64,000 nucleotides of DNA from an uncultured Verrucomicrobiae bacterium (GTDB taxonomy: Bacteria; Verrucomicrobiota; Verrucomicrobiia; Chthoniobacterales; Chthoniobacteraceae). Positions 1 to 10,848 of this stretch are shown in pieces. The stretch covers positions 96,001-160,000 of the forward strand of contig CAWIKF010000001.1 in NCBI GenBank assembly GCA_963836755.1. Reading direction: 5' to 3'. The position numbers and the translations under genes were made by a program. Under the pieces are notes generated by a model. It was not told the origin of the DNA, did not search any database, and worked only from the letters and a program-made list of their open reading frames with translations. Within the stretch, counting starts at the first letter, position 1. Every line of letters starts with the position of its first letter.

Positions 1-503
1 ACCAGCTCGATTCCGAGGGATACTATCCCGACGTGAATACAGCGACCGCAAATTGGTGGGACGCAGTCACTCCCTATCTGAAAAGCACGGCGGTTCTTCA
101 ATGTCCGGTTCATACTCTGACTGCTTTCCAGCTTGGGAGCCGAAGACCTATAGCCGCTAATTATGCCATGAACTGGACGCTTGGTCCAAACCACAACACC
201 TCCTATCGAAGAAAAACCGCACTGCTGACTTCACCGGAAAACACGATGCTGGTGACTGAAGCAGGTCTCAGCGCGAATGGAACCGCTGTTCCGCAGCTCG
301 ATGGTTCGTGGCTATTACAATGCGCCCAAGCTTATAAAGGCGGCGGTGTGCATAATGGAGGAAATAACATTCTATGGTGTGATGGACATGTATCGTGGTG
401 GCAAGGAGTGGAACAGCTCACACAGGACCCATACAAACAAGGGTCAACGGTGCCGAACGCTCAAGATAAGTGGGCACCGGGATTTAACCCTTGGAAGCCG
501 TGA
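1..503 (+). CDS. Prepilin-type H-X9-DG-CTERM / DUF1559 family protein, 5' truncated by the window edge
   Basis: Frame is open from the window start (QLDSEGYYPD...). Contains 'LQCP', 'NYAMN', 'PENTMLVTE' and the C-terminal motif HNGGNNILWCDGHV. Confidence 0.8.
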   Translation, partial: QLDSEGYYPDVNTATANWWDAVTPYLKSTAVLQCPVHTLTAFQLGSRRPIAANYAMNWTLGPNHNTSYRRKTALLTSPENTMLVTEAGLSANGTAVPQLDGSWLLQCAQAYKGGGVHNGGNNILWCDGHVSWWQGVEQLTQDPYKQGSTVPNAQDKWAPGFNPWKP

Positions 504-529
504 AACTGTAGCAACTCTGGCAAAACGTT

Positions 530-1138
530 TTGAAAGAAAGCATCACCCGAGTAAGAAACGACGGGTTTGATCCCAAGCGAGGATTGGACCGGGGGAAACC
601 ATATTGGTTCGAAGCATGCTGGTATCTGGTGAAATGCGCTTTCTTTCTAAGTTCGCTTCCATGGCCATCTGCTCTCCGTTGTTCTTTGCTTCGCTTTTTC
701 GGCGCTAAGATCGGAACCAAAGTCTACATCAAGCCCAGAACGAACATTCATTTCCCGTGGAAGCTCTCAATAGGGGACCATGCTTGGATCGGAGAAGAAG
801 CTTTTATTCTAAATCTGGAACCGGTTTGCATCGGAAGTCACTGTTGTATCTCTCAGCGCGTCTTCCTATGCACTGGCAACCATGACTATACGGACGCGTC
901 AATGACTTACCGCAGCGCAAAGATCGACATCAAAGATGGTGCTTGGATCGGAGCTCAGGTTTTTGTTGGCCCGGGCGTGACGGTAGAAGTCGACGCAGTC
1001 GCTACTGCCGGCTCGGTTGTTACTAGAAACCTTCCTCCTGAAATGATCTGTGCCGGCAATCCATGCGTGCCAACCAAGCCGAGATGGAAATCCGCTAACG
1101 CGCCTCAAGCCGACGAGGGCGAAGCCAAAGGCGAATGA
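530..1138 (+). CDS. wcaF: WcaF-like polysaccharide O-acetyltransferase (hexapeptide repeat)
   Basis: LRFFGAKIG, NIHFPWKLSIGDHAWIGE, ISQRVFLCTGNHDY and AGNP motifs. Confidence 0.85.
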   Translation: MKESITRVRNDGFDPKRGLDRGKPYWFEACWYLVKCAFFLSSLPWPSALRCSLLRFFGAKIGTKVYIKPRTNIHFPWKLSIGDHAWIGEEAFILNLEPVCIGSHCCISQRVFLCTGNHDYTDASMTYRSAKIDIKDGAWIGAQVFVGPGVTVEVDAVATAGSVVTRNLPPEMICAGNPCVPTKPRWKSANAPQADEGEAKGE

Positions 1139-2388
1139 AAATACATCTCGTCACCAACTTATTTCAACCAGACGAACTAGCTGGCGCTGCGCTTTACACA
1201 GACCTTGCAATTTACCTGAAGGCTCGAGGTCACGATGTCCGTGTCACGACGACTTTTTCCTATTATCCGGCTTGGAAGTTGCGCGCCGAGGATCGAAATG
1301 TCGCCGTCAGAGACGAAATATTTCAAGATATACCGATTCGTAGGATCGGCATGTATGTTCCAGCTCAACCAAACGGTATGAACCGCGTTTTTTCAGATCT
1401 TAGCTTTCTCACGGGGCTGCTTCGCCATGCCACCTTTACAAATTGGACGCCTGAGGTAGTGTTGACGGCTTCGCCAATGCTTTCGCAGTGCTTGGCTCAA
1501 CGATTTCTCTATTGTTTCAAAAAAATCCCACGGGTTATCGTAGTTCAGGATTTTGTTGTCGACGCTGCCTTGGAGCTAAAGATTTTGAAGGCTCCGGCCA
1601 TTGGCAATATTCTGCTTGGATTGGAAAACTGGGCCTTTAAGTCTGCTCGAACGATCATCACGATCAATGAAGCCATGCTGGAAAAATTGCGTGGCAAATT
1701 AGGCGCTTCACGACGAATGGTCATGTTGTCAAACTGGATCCATGGAAGTTTGCAATCAACCATCGATCGACAGCGACACCATAGGTTGCCGCGGAGTTCG
1801 GATATCTTGTTTTACTCAGGCAACTTGGGCGTCAAACAAGGCCTGCCTGAATGCGCAGAGCTATTCAGCAAATGCAAGACGAGCTGGCGCTTGAAAATCC
1901 ATGGCGGTGGTGCGGAGGCTGAGAAGCTGCGACGACAGGTGAGTGGCAACCCAGACATCCAAATTGGCAATATCTTAAGCGAAGTGGACTATGTGCGAGA
2001 ACTTTGCCTCTCGACCGCTTGTCTCATCACTCAAAGGCCCGGTGTCGGCGCAAATTTTCTTCCTAGTAAGTTGCTGCCTGCATTGGCTTCAGGCACTCCG
2101 GTGCTGGCGATCTGCGATCGAAATGCTCCCCTCGGTATAGAGGTATCTGCGGGCGGATTCGGTGAGATCGTTTCCTTCGGCGATCAGGAAAAGCTTCAAA
2201 AGACGCTTACGCAATGGACACAAGAACCCGATCGGCTGGCTGTAATGAGCCGAAAGGCGTTAGCTTACAGCGAAAACTTTCATCGCGATACTATCTTGGC
2301 AGGATATGAGTCGGAGCTTCGGCACTTGGTTCCCACCAAGGAAGCCGCGGACGGAACTTTGATAGCTCACGCATCTTCTAGATCATGA
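1135..2388 (+). CDS. WcaI-like GT4 glycosyltransferase
   Basis: YTDLAIYLKARGHDVRV..YYPAW, YSGNLGVKQG and PSKL motifs; ATGA overlap with wcaF. Confidence 0.85.
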   Translation: MKIHLVTNLFQPDELAGAALYTDLAIYLKARGHDVRVTTTFSYYPAWKLRAEDRNVAVRDEIFQDIPIRRIGMYVPAQPNGMNRVFSDLSFLTGLLRHATFTNWTPEVVLTASPMLSQCLAQRFLYCFKKIPRVIVVQDFVVDAALELKILKAPAIGNILLGLENWAFKSARTIITINEAMLEKLRGKLGASRRMVMLSNWIHGSLQSTIDRQRHHRLPRSSDILFYSGNLGVKQGLPECAELFSKCKTSWRLKIHGGGAEAEKLRRQVSGNPDIQIGNILSEVDYVRELCLSTACLITQRPGVGANFLPSKLLPALASGTPVLAICDRNAPLGIEVSAGGFGEIVSFGDQEKLQKTLTQWTQEPDRLAVMSRKALAYSENFHRDTILAGYESELRHLVPTKEAADGTLIAHASSRS

Positions 2389-3846
2389 AAGATCTTTCGA
2401 CGCGTGCAATTCACGCCGCCCGCTGGGCTACTATTGAAGGCATTGCAAGCCAAGGGTTCTCATTTGCAGCGTTTTTGATGATGGCTCGTCTTTTGAGTCC
2501 TGGCGACTTCGGGTTGGTCGCGATGGCCAATATTTATGTCCTAGTCACGCAGGTGATTATTTTTCAAGGCCTCGGTCAGGCGATCATTCAGAAACTCGAT
2601 CTTCAGCCAGAGCATCTCGATGCAGCATTCTGGATCAACGTTTGCATAGGTATACTTCTGGTTGTTCTGACAATGGCTCTTTCCCAGCCTGTGGCGGCAT
2701 GGTTTCACGCTCCACGGTTGTGTGGACTGTTGCAGTGGCTTTCCATTCTGTTCATCACTAGCGCGCTCACGGATGTGCAGGTAAATTTGTTGGCGCGGAA
2801 CTTTGCTTATCGCTCCCTCGCGCTAAGGACTCTTCTTGTCGTCGTCTTGAGTGGAAGCGTTGGCGTCGTGATGGCGTGGAAGGGATATGGAGTCTGGAGC
2901 TTGGTCGGCCAGCAACTTGCCGGCGGAGTTATCAGCGTTCTAACTCTTTGGTCCGTGAGCGCGTGGCGCCCACGCGGTAGGTTTTCAATGTCTCATGGGC
3001 ATGAAATGCTGCGATTTGGAAGCAAGCTATTCGTTCATGAAATGATAAGCCTGGTGAACAAGCGTTCCGACCAGTTCTTCGTGGGTAAATATCTTGGAAC
3101 ACAAGCGATAGGAATCTATGCGATAGCTGCGAGAGTAAGCACACTGGTTAATGAAATCGCGGTTAAGTCTCTCTCTCGCGTAAGCCTTTCTTCACTTGCA
3201 AGACTGCAAACAAACGAAGTGCGTATTCAGTCAGCTTTTGGACGCATATTTCAATTGCAGATAAGCTTGATCTTACCCTTGGCGGTAGGTCTCAGCATTT
3301 TCTCGCGTCAGATTGTCCTCGCCACGATAGGACGACATTGGATCGCCGCAGTCCCGGCAATGCAAACCCTGCTGCTAGCGATTCCTTTCGAGGCATCTTC
3401 TTCTTTAAATTACTCAATGATCATCGCTCGCGCCAAGCCGGGATGGGTGTCTACTTTAAGCTGTATTCACGCCGGGGCAAATCTAACCTTGTTTTTAATC
3501 GTGGCAAAATGGGGAGTTTTTGCAGTTGCATTGGCTTATACGGCGCGGGCTATGATCTTATATCCAGTCGAGATGGCCCTTCTTTCGCGGTTGACGACCC
3601 TTTCTTTGAATCGACTGTGGCAACTAGCAATTCCAGCATTGTGTGCGGTGGTGGTCATGTGTGGATTTGACTACATTGCGCTACACATATGTCCAGCAGA
3701 CTGGCCGCCTTTCGTTTCACGTTGCACTGGGCATCCTGGTGAGCTTCGTGAGCTACTCCGCAACTATAGGTCTTCTTGATCCCAACGTTCTCCGGGAAGC
3801 TAGGAATATGGTCACGTCGCGGACTTCCGGAGCTGTAGCCTGCTAG
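2385..3846 (+). CDS. Wzx-type polysaccharide flippase with a +1 frameshift near 3720 (probable sequencing error)
   Basis: ARLLSPGDFGLVAMA, GYGVWSLVGQQL, many TM segments. The last TM helix (LALGILVSFVSYSATIGLL) continues in another frame to the stop at 3846. Confidence 0.85.
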
Positions 3847-3848
3847 AC

Positions 3849-5111
3849 ATGCGAGTTCTGATCATAAGTAATCTTTTCCAGCCATTTATCATGGGTGGTG
3901 CCGAAATGGCTGCGCATTCGCTGGCATGTTGGCTGACGCAGCAAGGGCATCAAGTTTATGTTTTGACGGGCGCACCCGGGGCGGATACTGAAGCAATTTC
4001 CGCAGAAGATGGATTTCAGGTTGATAGGCGCTTCTTTCCCAATCTCTATTCCATATATCAGCCTGCTACGCATTCAAAGTTACAAAAGGCCGTCTGGCAT
4101 TGGTCCGACCATTTCCATGGAACGACGGAGCAGATTTGCCGCGAAGTCGTTCAGTCGTTTAAGCCGGATATCGTCAACACCCACGACTTACAAGGCATTG
4201 GCTACAACATCCTCCGAGAGGTCGGCCGACAATCGCTTCCCTGCGTCCAGGTTCTTCATGATTTCGGTTTTCTTTGCGTCAAGATGACAATGTTCTATCG
4301 CGGCCATACTTGCGCGCCGCGCCACCTTTCCTGCATCGCATCAGGATGGGTCAAAAGAGCCTATCTTGCATCCATCGAGCGTCTTTCTTTCTGGTCTCCT
4401 TCCGAAGCTTTATTGGACTACTACCTGCCCCATCTTCCAAAGCACCAGGAGGCAGAATGTATTCGCTTGCCGCTATACTTCTCAAAACCTCAGAAGATGG
4501 CCAGCTCACGAAGTGAGCACCATTCGGTGAAGCTGTTGTTCGTCGGGCAGGTTGTGTTGTGGAAAGGTATCGATTTCCTACTCGGCATACTGGCCGAGCT
4601 TGCCGTTGCCTACAGATTTCAGATCACCGTTGTCGGCGACGGCAGATTACTGCGAGAGCTTGAGGGAAAATATGCGCACGCCTCATGGGTGAACTTTACT
4701 GGTAAGCTTCCTCCTGAACAAATTGCCGACGTTATGGCGGTTCACGACCTTCTTCTCGTGCCCTCCTTGTGGTTCGAAAATTCCCCCTTGGTTGTTTATC
4801 AGGCCATTCAGCTTGGGATGCCTGTGATAGCGAGCGCAACCGGCGGATTACCAGAATTGATAACGGACGGTCAAAACGGACGACTGCTGAACACTGGTGA
4901 CGCTGCACAATGGAAGGAAGTGCTTGCCGGAATGTTTGCAGATACTTCTAGCATAGAACTATTGAAGAAGGGCGCAGCTAGATCCAGCGAACTTATGAAC
5001 CCAGATATTTCCGGTCACAAGGTTGTGCAGCTTTTCGAAAGAACTATTTCAGGAAAAGGATTCATATCTGAGAGCAAGCGTAAAAGCGCAGCGATGGCGG
5101 CATTTTCATGA
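3849..5111 (+). CDS. GT4 glycosyltransferase
   Basis: MGGAE N-terminus, LFVGQVVLWKG, PSLWFENSPLV, GGLPELI. Confidence 0.9.
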   Translation: MRVLIISNLFQPFIMGGAEMAAHSLACWLTQQGHQVYVLTGAPGADTEAISAEDGFQVDRRFFPNLYSIYQPATHSKLQKAVWHWSDHFHGTTEQICREVVQSFKPDIVNTHDLQGIGYNILREVGRQSLPCVQVLHDFGFLCVKMTMFYRGHTCAPRHLSCIASGWVKRAYLASIERLSFWSPSEALLDYYLPHLPKHQEAECIRLPLYFSKPQKMASSRSEHHSVKLLFVGQVVLWKGIDFLLGILAELAVAYRFQITVVGDGRLLRELEGKYAHASWVNFTGKLPPEQIADVMAVHDLLLVPSLWFENSPLVVYQAIQLGMPVIASATGGLPELITDGQNGRLLNTGDAAQWKEVLAGMFADTSSIELLKKGAARSSELMNPDISGHKVVQLFERTISGKGFISESKRKSAAMAAFS

Positions 5112-6499
5112 GTCCCGGCAACAATAACGGCTTCGGGAATGCGATCGGACTGCGCGCAGATTGGCTGCTCTATTCTGGGTGGTTTATTATGTTGACCTAC
5201 TTCCCTAGCGGTCTGCTCCACTTTTACATGTCCGTCGCAGTCTACCTCCGAGATATTTTTGCAGTCGGACATTTGATCCTCTGCTTTGTTTTCTTTCATC
5301 TTCGAGGAGAACTTAGGGAGATACTGCGGAGATACTCGATTCTCCTTCTCGTGCCATTCTTTTTACTGCCGGCGATATTTTACCATCAATATACGCTCGA
5401 AGCGTTGCGCACGATCAAGTGGAGTATTCTTTGGTTGGATTGGATTTTCGTGGGCTATCTGGCGTTCTACAACAGGAATTGGGACGAATGCTTCAAAATC
5501 TTTCTTGCGATCACACTTTTGGAGTTACTGATTGAAGCGGGAGTAGGAATGTATGAATGGCACACGAATGAATTTTTGTTTTCTCCGCCATGGGGTGAAA
5601 AGACGGCTTTGGGAGTGCTGGAAGTAAGTGACCTCCGACTGATCGGTCATGTGAGAGTTCGAGGTCTTCAGCGTGACGTATTCTCCTTTGCCAATCTCAT
5701 GGCGATGAGTGCGACTTGCGGGCTGGTATACGCTGTGTCTTTTGCTCGAAGCGTCGGCGAGAAACTTCTCGGATATGTTTGGGCCGCTTTCTTTGCTATT
5801 CCCCTGGTGTTGTCAGGTGGACGCTCAGCTCTCTTCGGTATTTTTGCCGCAGTGATTCTGGCCCTTGCTTTGACCTTTGATCCAGTTCGCGTGAGACGAT
5901 TTGCCAAGGCATATCTTCTCCTCTGGGTCCTGATCGGACTTTCCATCAGTTTGGTTGGGGTAGGATCTCTTACTGAATCGATCGGTAGCGGGCTTTTTGG
6001 CGGTTCTCATATCGGTGACTCGACCAGTGCGTATATGCGAGACGACAACTGGAGGAACATACTGTCAGCCTTCGCCACAACGCCCTTGATACTGATCATC
6101 GGCGGACCATTCGCAAGTCTGCTCGATTCCAGCGTTGCGCCCATGTTTCATTGGGCCGACAACCAGTTTTTGTGGGACCTATATCATCTTGGGATTGCAG
6201 GGTTCTTGGGGGTTGGTTTTTATTTTTTTGTGGTTGTTAAAAAGTCGTCCACGCGAGGGGACCCACGCGCGATGGATGCTCTTATACTTTTCCTGTTGCT
6301 TGTCATCGGGGAAGGTATCGCACGCGAGTCGTTGACATTCATGAGTTGTGGTCCTGTCTTCGTTGCTTGTGGATACGTAAGTGCAGCCGGTCTGCCTCGA
6401 GGTCGAAGTCCGGAGGATTCAAGCAGTTCGTCACGCCACTCACGCAGGCGTCGGCGAAAAAAAACCGCGGATCAAAGATTCGCTCATCCGAACGCATGA
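5108..6499 (+). CDS. Wzy/O-antigen ligase-like polytopic membrane protein
   Basis: About 10-12 hydrophobic segments, LSGGRSA motif, position inside the polysaccharide operon. Confidence 0.6.
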   Translation: MSPGNNNGFGNAIGLRADWLLYSGWFIMLTYFPSGLLHFYMSVAVYLRDIFAVGHLILCFVFFHLRGELREILRRYSILLLVPFFLLPAIFYHQYTLEALRTIKWSILWLDWIFVGYLAFYNRNWDECFKIFLAITLLELLIEAGVGMYEWHTNEFLFSPPWGEKTALGVLEVSDLRLIGHVRVRGLQRDVFSFANLMAMSATCGLVYAVSFARSVGEKLLGYVWAAFFAIPLVLSGGRSALFGIFAAVILALALTFDPVRVRRFAKAYLLLWVLIGLSISLVGVGSLTESIGSGLFGGSHIGDSTSAYMRDDNWRNILSAFATTPLILIIGGPFASLLDSSVAPMFHWADNQFLWDLYHLGIAGFLGVGFYFFVVVKKSSTRGDPRAMDALILFLLLVIGEGIARESLTFMSCGPVFVACGYVSAAGLPRGRSPEDSSSSSRHSRRRRRKKTADQRFAHPNA

Positions 6500-7566
6500 A
6501 GGTGCTGTTGAGAATCCGATCGGATGTAAAAGCTTTTCCTGGAGGAGACTATGTCCAACTTCTCCAGACCCAGCGCGCGTTAGAAAACGCAGGAGTGACT
6601 TGCGAGGTCTCCGCTGGAGTTGATCCCATTCCACAAGGAATTGACATCGTCCATCTTTTCAATACCACCCGCATTCATGAGACCTATCTTCAATTTAGTG
6701 AGGCGAAGAAGAAAGGATTCCCAGTCGTGCTCTCGCCGATTTGGCATTCGCTGAAGGAGATGGCCCGCTTTTACGCAAAGCTCTATCGATTGCCTTTTTT
6801 TCCGATTTCCTCATATCTTGCACTGAAGGAAATTTACTATGCCGGGAGATCAAATCTACAACGACTCTTGGCCGCGACGCTTAGATTTACACATCTGCAG
6901 CGGATGGTGGTCGAAGGTTGTGATGCTGTTTTGCCCAACTCTCAACCAGAGCTCCAAATTCTTTGTGATGAACTAAAGGCAAAGCCTCGCGCAAGTTTTG
7001 TAGTTCCACCCTCATTTGATCTTGATTGCAAAGGCCACGGTTCCTCAGCAACTCGAGATGGAGTTCTTTGCGTCGGAAGGATAGAACCGCGTAAGAACCA
7101 GCTTTCTGTCATACGTGCATTCAAAGCATTACCGCGCAGCACTCACCGATTAGTCATTTACGGCGCTATCAATGAAGCGCATCCGGCCTACGCGAAAAAA
7201 GTTCAACAGGAGCTTGTGCACGGGTGGGTCGAGTATGGCGGACATGTCCCGAGAGAGGAAATCTATCTTGCGCTGTCAAAGGCGAAGGCGCTAGTGCTGG
7301 CAAGCTACTTTGAAACGTGTGGCTATGCCGCGATGGAGGCCTTGTCATGCGGTGCCCACGTCTGTATCAGCGATACGCCCTACACTAGGGGGTTTTACCA
7401 AGCGGCCGTTTCCTATTGCAATCCTTACTGCTCAGATTCGATTTCGCGCGGCATCGACAGCGCGTTGAGGAAGTCCGACGCAGATTATTCCGATTTGCTT
7501 CGGCAATACTCGGCGGAAAACACTGCTGCCCAAACCTTGGAAGCATACAAGTTTGCGTTGAACTGA
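6496..7566 (+). CDS. GT4 glycosyltransferase
   Basis: ATG at 6496 overlaps the previous stop; PGGDYVQ, VGRIEPRKNQ, ETCGYAAMEALSCG. Confidence 0.9.
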   Translation: MKVLLRIRSDVKAFPGGDYVQLLQTQRALENAGVTCEVSAGVDPIPQGIDIVHLFNTTRIHETYLQFSEAKKKGFPVVLSPIWHSLKEMARFYAKLYRLPFFPISSYLALKEIYYAGRSNLQRLLAATLRFTHLQRMVVEGCDAVLPNSQPELQILCDELKAKPRASFVVPPSFDLDCKGHGSSATRDGVLCVGRIEPRKNQLSVIRAFKALPRSTHRLVIYGAINEAHPAYAKKVQQELVHGWVEYGGHVPREEIYLALSKAKALVLASYFETCGYAAMEALSCGAHVCISDTPYTRGFYQAAVSYCNPYCSDSISRGIDSALRKSDADYSDLLRQYSAENTAAQTLEAYKFALN

Positions 7567-8480
7567 TGTCCTCACCGCAAAAAGCTCATTCCGCGACAGT
7601 GCTGCTTTCGATAGTGATTGTGACCTATCAATCGCGCGCTGAGATCGGAGCGTGCCTCGAATCAATTCCGCAGGAACTTTGTGGTGAGCCTGTGGAAGTC
7701 ATCGTAGTGGACAACGATTCAAAGGATGGCACTTTGCAAGCCATTCGTGAGGCTTATCCTGGGGTCAACGCGAGTTCCTCCGGCGCAAACCTAGGATTCG
7801 GACGTGCGAACAATCTGGGAATTAGTTATGCCAGAGGCAGGTTCGTTCTATTTCTAAACCCAGACACCATCCTGAATCGAAACGCGCTGGAAGGCTGTCT
7901 TCAGCGGCTAATGTCAGAGAGCGACATCGGCATTATTTCGCCGAAACTATTGCTCGAAACTGGTGAGATGGACTTGGCATGCAGGCGCTCCGTGCCGACG
8001 GTTTGGGATGGCTTCATGCGGGCTTCAGGACTGGCCCGCATCTTTCCGCGAGTGCGTTTGTGCGCGGGTTATAACCTGACCTATTTGCCGGAGAATGAAA
8101 CCTACTCCGTTGGCGCGGTGAATGGTGCATTCATGATGATCCCTCGCCGCGTCCTGGACGAGATCGGGCCGTTCGACGAAAAGTTTTTCATGTATGGGGA
8201 AGACCTTGATCTCTGTCACCGCTGCAGCCTCGCCGGATACAAGGTGATCTATGACGGGCGTTACGCCGTCATCCATCTGAAAGGCCGCAGCTCTAGCAAG
8301 GATTATCGCGTAATGTCCCAGCAGGTGTTCGTGGGAACAAAACAGTTTTACCTAAAGCACTTCAACCGCGATAGCTCGCGATGGGTCCGATGGAAGTATG
8401 TGAGCTTGTTCTGGTTGTGGAGCACCTATGCGATGATCGCGGGCAGTTTGACGCGGCACAAGGGCGCGCGCCCCGTCTAG
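7566..8480 (+). CDS. GT2 glycosyltransferase (WbbL/rhamnosyltransferase-like)
   Basis: VVDNDSKDGT, NLGFGRANN, LFLNPD, FDEKFFMYGEDLDLC. Confidence 0.9.
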   Translation: MSSPQKAHSATVLLSIVIVTYQSRAEIGACLESIPQELCGEPVEVIVVDNDSKDGTLQAIREAYPGVNASSSGANLGFGRANNLGISYARGRFVLFLNPDTILNRNALEGCLQRLMSESDIGIISPKLLLETGEMDLACRRSVPTVWDGFMRASGLARIFPRVRLCAGYNLTYLPENETYSVGAVNGAFMMIPRRVLDEIGPFDEKFFMYGEDLDLCHRCSLAGYKVIYDGRYAVIHLKGRSSSKDYRVMSQQVFVGTKQFYLKHFNRDSSRWVRWKYVSLFWLWSTYAMIAGSLTRHKGARPV

Positions 8481-8494
8481 CGCAGGATAGGCGA

Positions 8495-10033
8495 CTAGTA
8501 AGCGTTATCGCGCTGGAAGAAAGTCATCAGCATGATTTGCAGATCGAGCATGATGTTCCAGTTCTCCAAATAGAAGAGATCGGCACGGATGCGTTCAGTG
8601 AGATCCGTGTCGCCGCGGAGACCTTTGACCTGCGCCCAGCCGGTAATGCCTGGCTTCACGTTGTGCCGCGCGTTGTAGTGCGGAATCTCCTGCTTGAAGT
8701 TTGCGATCAGCTCCGGCCGCTCGGGGCGTGGACCAACGAGGCTCATTTCGCCCTTCAGCACGTTCCAAAACTGCGGGATTTCGTCGATATTCCATGCGCG
8801 CATGAAAGCTCCGATCCGAAGTCGTCTGGGATCATCACGCTGTGCCCATCTTGCCCCCGTTTCTTTTTCAGCATCCATGCGCATGCTGCGGATTTTGATG
8901 ATGTCAAAGGACTCACCATTGCGCCCCATGCGACGTTGACGGTAAAAAATGGGCCCCGGCGATTCGAGGTATACCAAGCTTCCAAAGATCGCAATCAAGG
9001 GGACTGAGATAGCTAGTCCTATGAGTGCGCCGATTGCATCGGTAAGGCGTTTGGCGACGACGTTAAAGGTCCTATCGAGCGGTAACTGCGAAACGCCTAA
9101 CACTGGGATGCCGCTCACTGTCTCGAGTTCGAGGCCTGAGATGAGGATTTGGAAGTAGGATGGGATGACTTTGAATTGCACCATCTCTCTCTCACACAGA
9201 TTGGCCAGTCCCACGACTTCTCCTTTGACCACGTTCAAGTCCGCAAGAATCACGATATCTACGCCGTGACGGTGCATCAGTTGAGCGATATCTTGATACT
9301 CCCCGAGCACCGGCACATGTGGGTGATAGCGAAAGCGTGCATTCATTGAAGCCACGCACCCAGCGACTTCGTAGGAGGACATTTGCCCCATATCAAAGCT
9401 TCGGGCCAGGCGTTCCGACTCTTCATTCCAGCCGACAAAAAGAATCCTCTGACGGAGGCTCGTTGCGATGGAGGACTTGGCAAGGACGCGATGAAAAATG
9501 CAGCGCCAGACCAGCAAGAAAGTTAGCGCATTGAATGCAGAAATAGAAACGAAGACACGGGAGATCGGCGGCTGAAACTTAAAGATCACGGAGAAGCCAA
9601 GAAAGCCCACATACCAAAGCAGCGTCGCTTTGATGATGACCATCGCTACCTTCCGAAATTGCAGGAGTTTGTGACGCTCATAGACTTGGAAGTAGGCAAG
9701 CATCAAAACCAGCAACAGACAGCCGCAGGCAATGTAGCCGGCATAGTCGGCAAAGTTGACCTTCGCGATCACACCATAGTGCCTCATGACCGTGAAAAAG
9801 CGGACCCAGAAGCCGGCCACCAATGCGCATAAGATGACGGCGCTATCGCAAAGCAGGCTGGTGATGACGAGGCGTTCAGCGAGTGTGCGGGACCCTCGAC
9901 TCGAGAGTCTTTCCTCTGAGAAAGGAGCAGTAGAAACTTCTGCTACATCTGCCGCGCCGGTTTCCAGTGCAAAGGCAGGAGCCAAGGCTCCTTCCGACGT
10001 GTCCAAACAGCTTTCGTTTTTTGAAATAAACAT
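8495..10033 (-). CDS. Priming undecaprenyl-phosphate sugar phosphotransferase (WcaJ-like)
   Basis: N-terminal TMs, Rossmann-like middle domain, KIRSM, IDEIPQFWNVLKGEMSLVGPRPE, KPGITGWAQV. Confidence 0.92.
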   Translation of the reverse strand: MFISKNESCLDTSEGALAPAFALETGAADVAEVSTAPFSEERLSSRGSRTLAERLVITSLLCDSAVILCALVAGFWVRFFTVMRHYGVIAKVNFADYAGYIACGCLLLVLMLAYFQVYERHKLLQFRKVAMVIIKATLLWYVGFLGFSVIFKFQPPISRVFVSISAFNALTFLLVWRCIFHRVLAKSSIATSLRQRILFVGWNEESERLARSFDMGQMSSYEVAGCVASMNARFRYHPHVPVLGEYQDIAQLMHRHGVDIVILADLNVVKGEVVGLANLCEREMVQFKVIPSYFQILISGLELETVSGIPVLGVSQLPLDRTFNVVAKRLTDAIGALIGLAISVPLIAIFGSLVYLESPGPIFYRQRRMGRNGESFDIIKIRSMRMDAEKETGARWAQRDDPRRLRIGAFMRAWNIDEIPQFWNVLKGEMSLVGPRPERPELIANFKQEIPHYNARHNVKPGITGWAQVKGLRGDTDLTERIRADLFYLENWNIMLDLQIMLMTFFQRDNAY

Positions 10034-10350
10034 GATGTCCCTAAAACCCTGTCATGCCCCATCAAATTGATTGGGCGCGTTGGACCCAGATTTTAGAGAT
10101 TTCGCCAACGCCGTCAAGGGCGATCATATAGTTTTAATATTTTTATAGCCTCGCAATAAACATGACCATTTTCAAGACAGCCGCTTTCTCAATATCGCCG
10201 AGTGGGGGCGTTCTAAAAACGAGCGTCGGCATCAAAAATTGTTGCCATCCGGCCGAAACTCCCGCTATCCTCTCGAAACTTGATCGCGATTGATTCGCAT
10301 CTGCCGCTGCAAATGCACAGTTGCGAGGGAACGAAGATCGAGTTGGAGAT

Positions 10351-10423
10351 GCGGGTGTAGCTCAGTTGGTAGAGCACTACCTTGCCAAGGTAGACGTCGC
10401 GAGTTCGAGTCTCGTCACCCGCT
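10351..10423 (+). tRNA. tRNA-Gly (GCC), CCA not encoded
   Basis: GCGGGTG acceptor pairs with CACCCGC; D arm AGCTCAGTTGGTAGAGC; anticodon arm CTACC-TTGCCAA-GGTAG; T loop TTCGAGT. Confidence 0.97.
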
Positions 10424-10775
10424 TATTCTTCTTCGCCGAGGCGGCTACTGCCCCGTAACATTTAAATCGACAAAAGCGGCATTTGGGGGAACCGCGAATG
10501 TTGATGACAGCGTTCCCGCTCCCTCCTCACCCGGCGAGGCCGACGGGGACTGGAAAACGCTTTTTTTCAGCCGCTCTAAAAAGTAAACGGTGAAATGCCC
10601 CGAGTTACGAAGCTCTTCCGCCGCAGGTTTTCAGCTTTGCGTTTGCTGGACCCGAAGGCAACATGGACTTCCGCCGAGCAATCTGATTTCGAATTGCCGT
10701 TTCCGTTTTGCATCGGATATTAGGTCGGATAACATGCGGAACTGAATCGCTTGAGAGAGCCGTTCACCGAGGATT

Positions 10776-10848
10776 GCCGGCATAGCTCAGTTGGTAGAGC
10801 AGCTGATTTGTAATCAGCAGGTCATCGGTTCGAGCCCGATTGCCGGCT
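10776..10848 (+). tRNA. tRNA-Thr (TGT), CCA not encoded
   Basis: GCCGGCA/TGCCGGC acceptor stem; anticodon arm GCTGA-TTTGTAA-TCAGC; T loop TTCGAGC. Confidence 0.97.

Noticed and set aside
10290..10586. 98-aa ORF
   Set aside because: Runs through tRNA-Gly; spurious.
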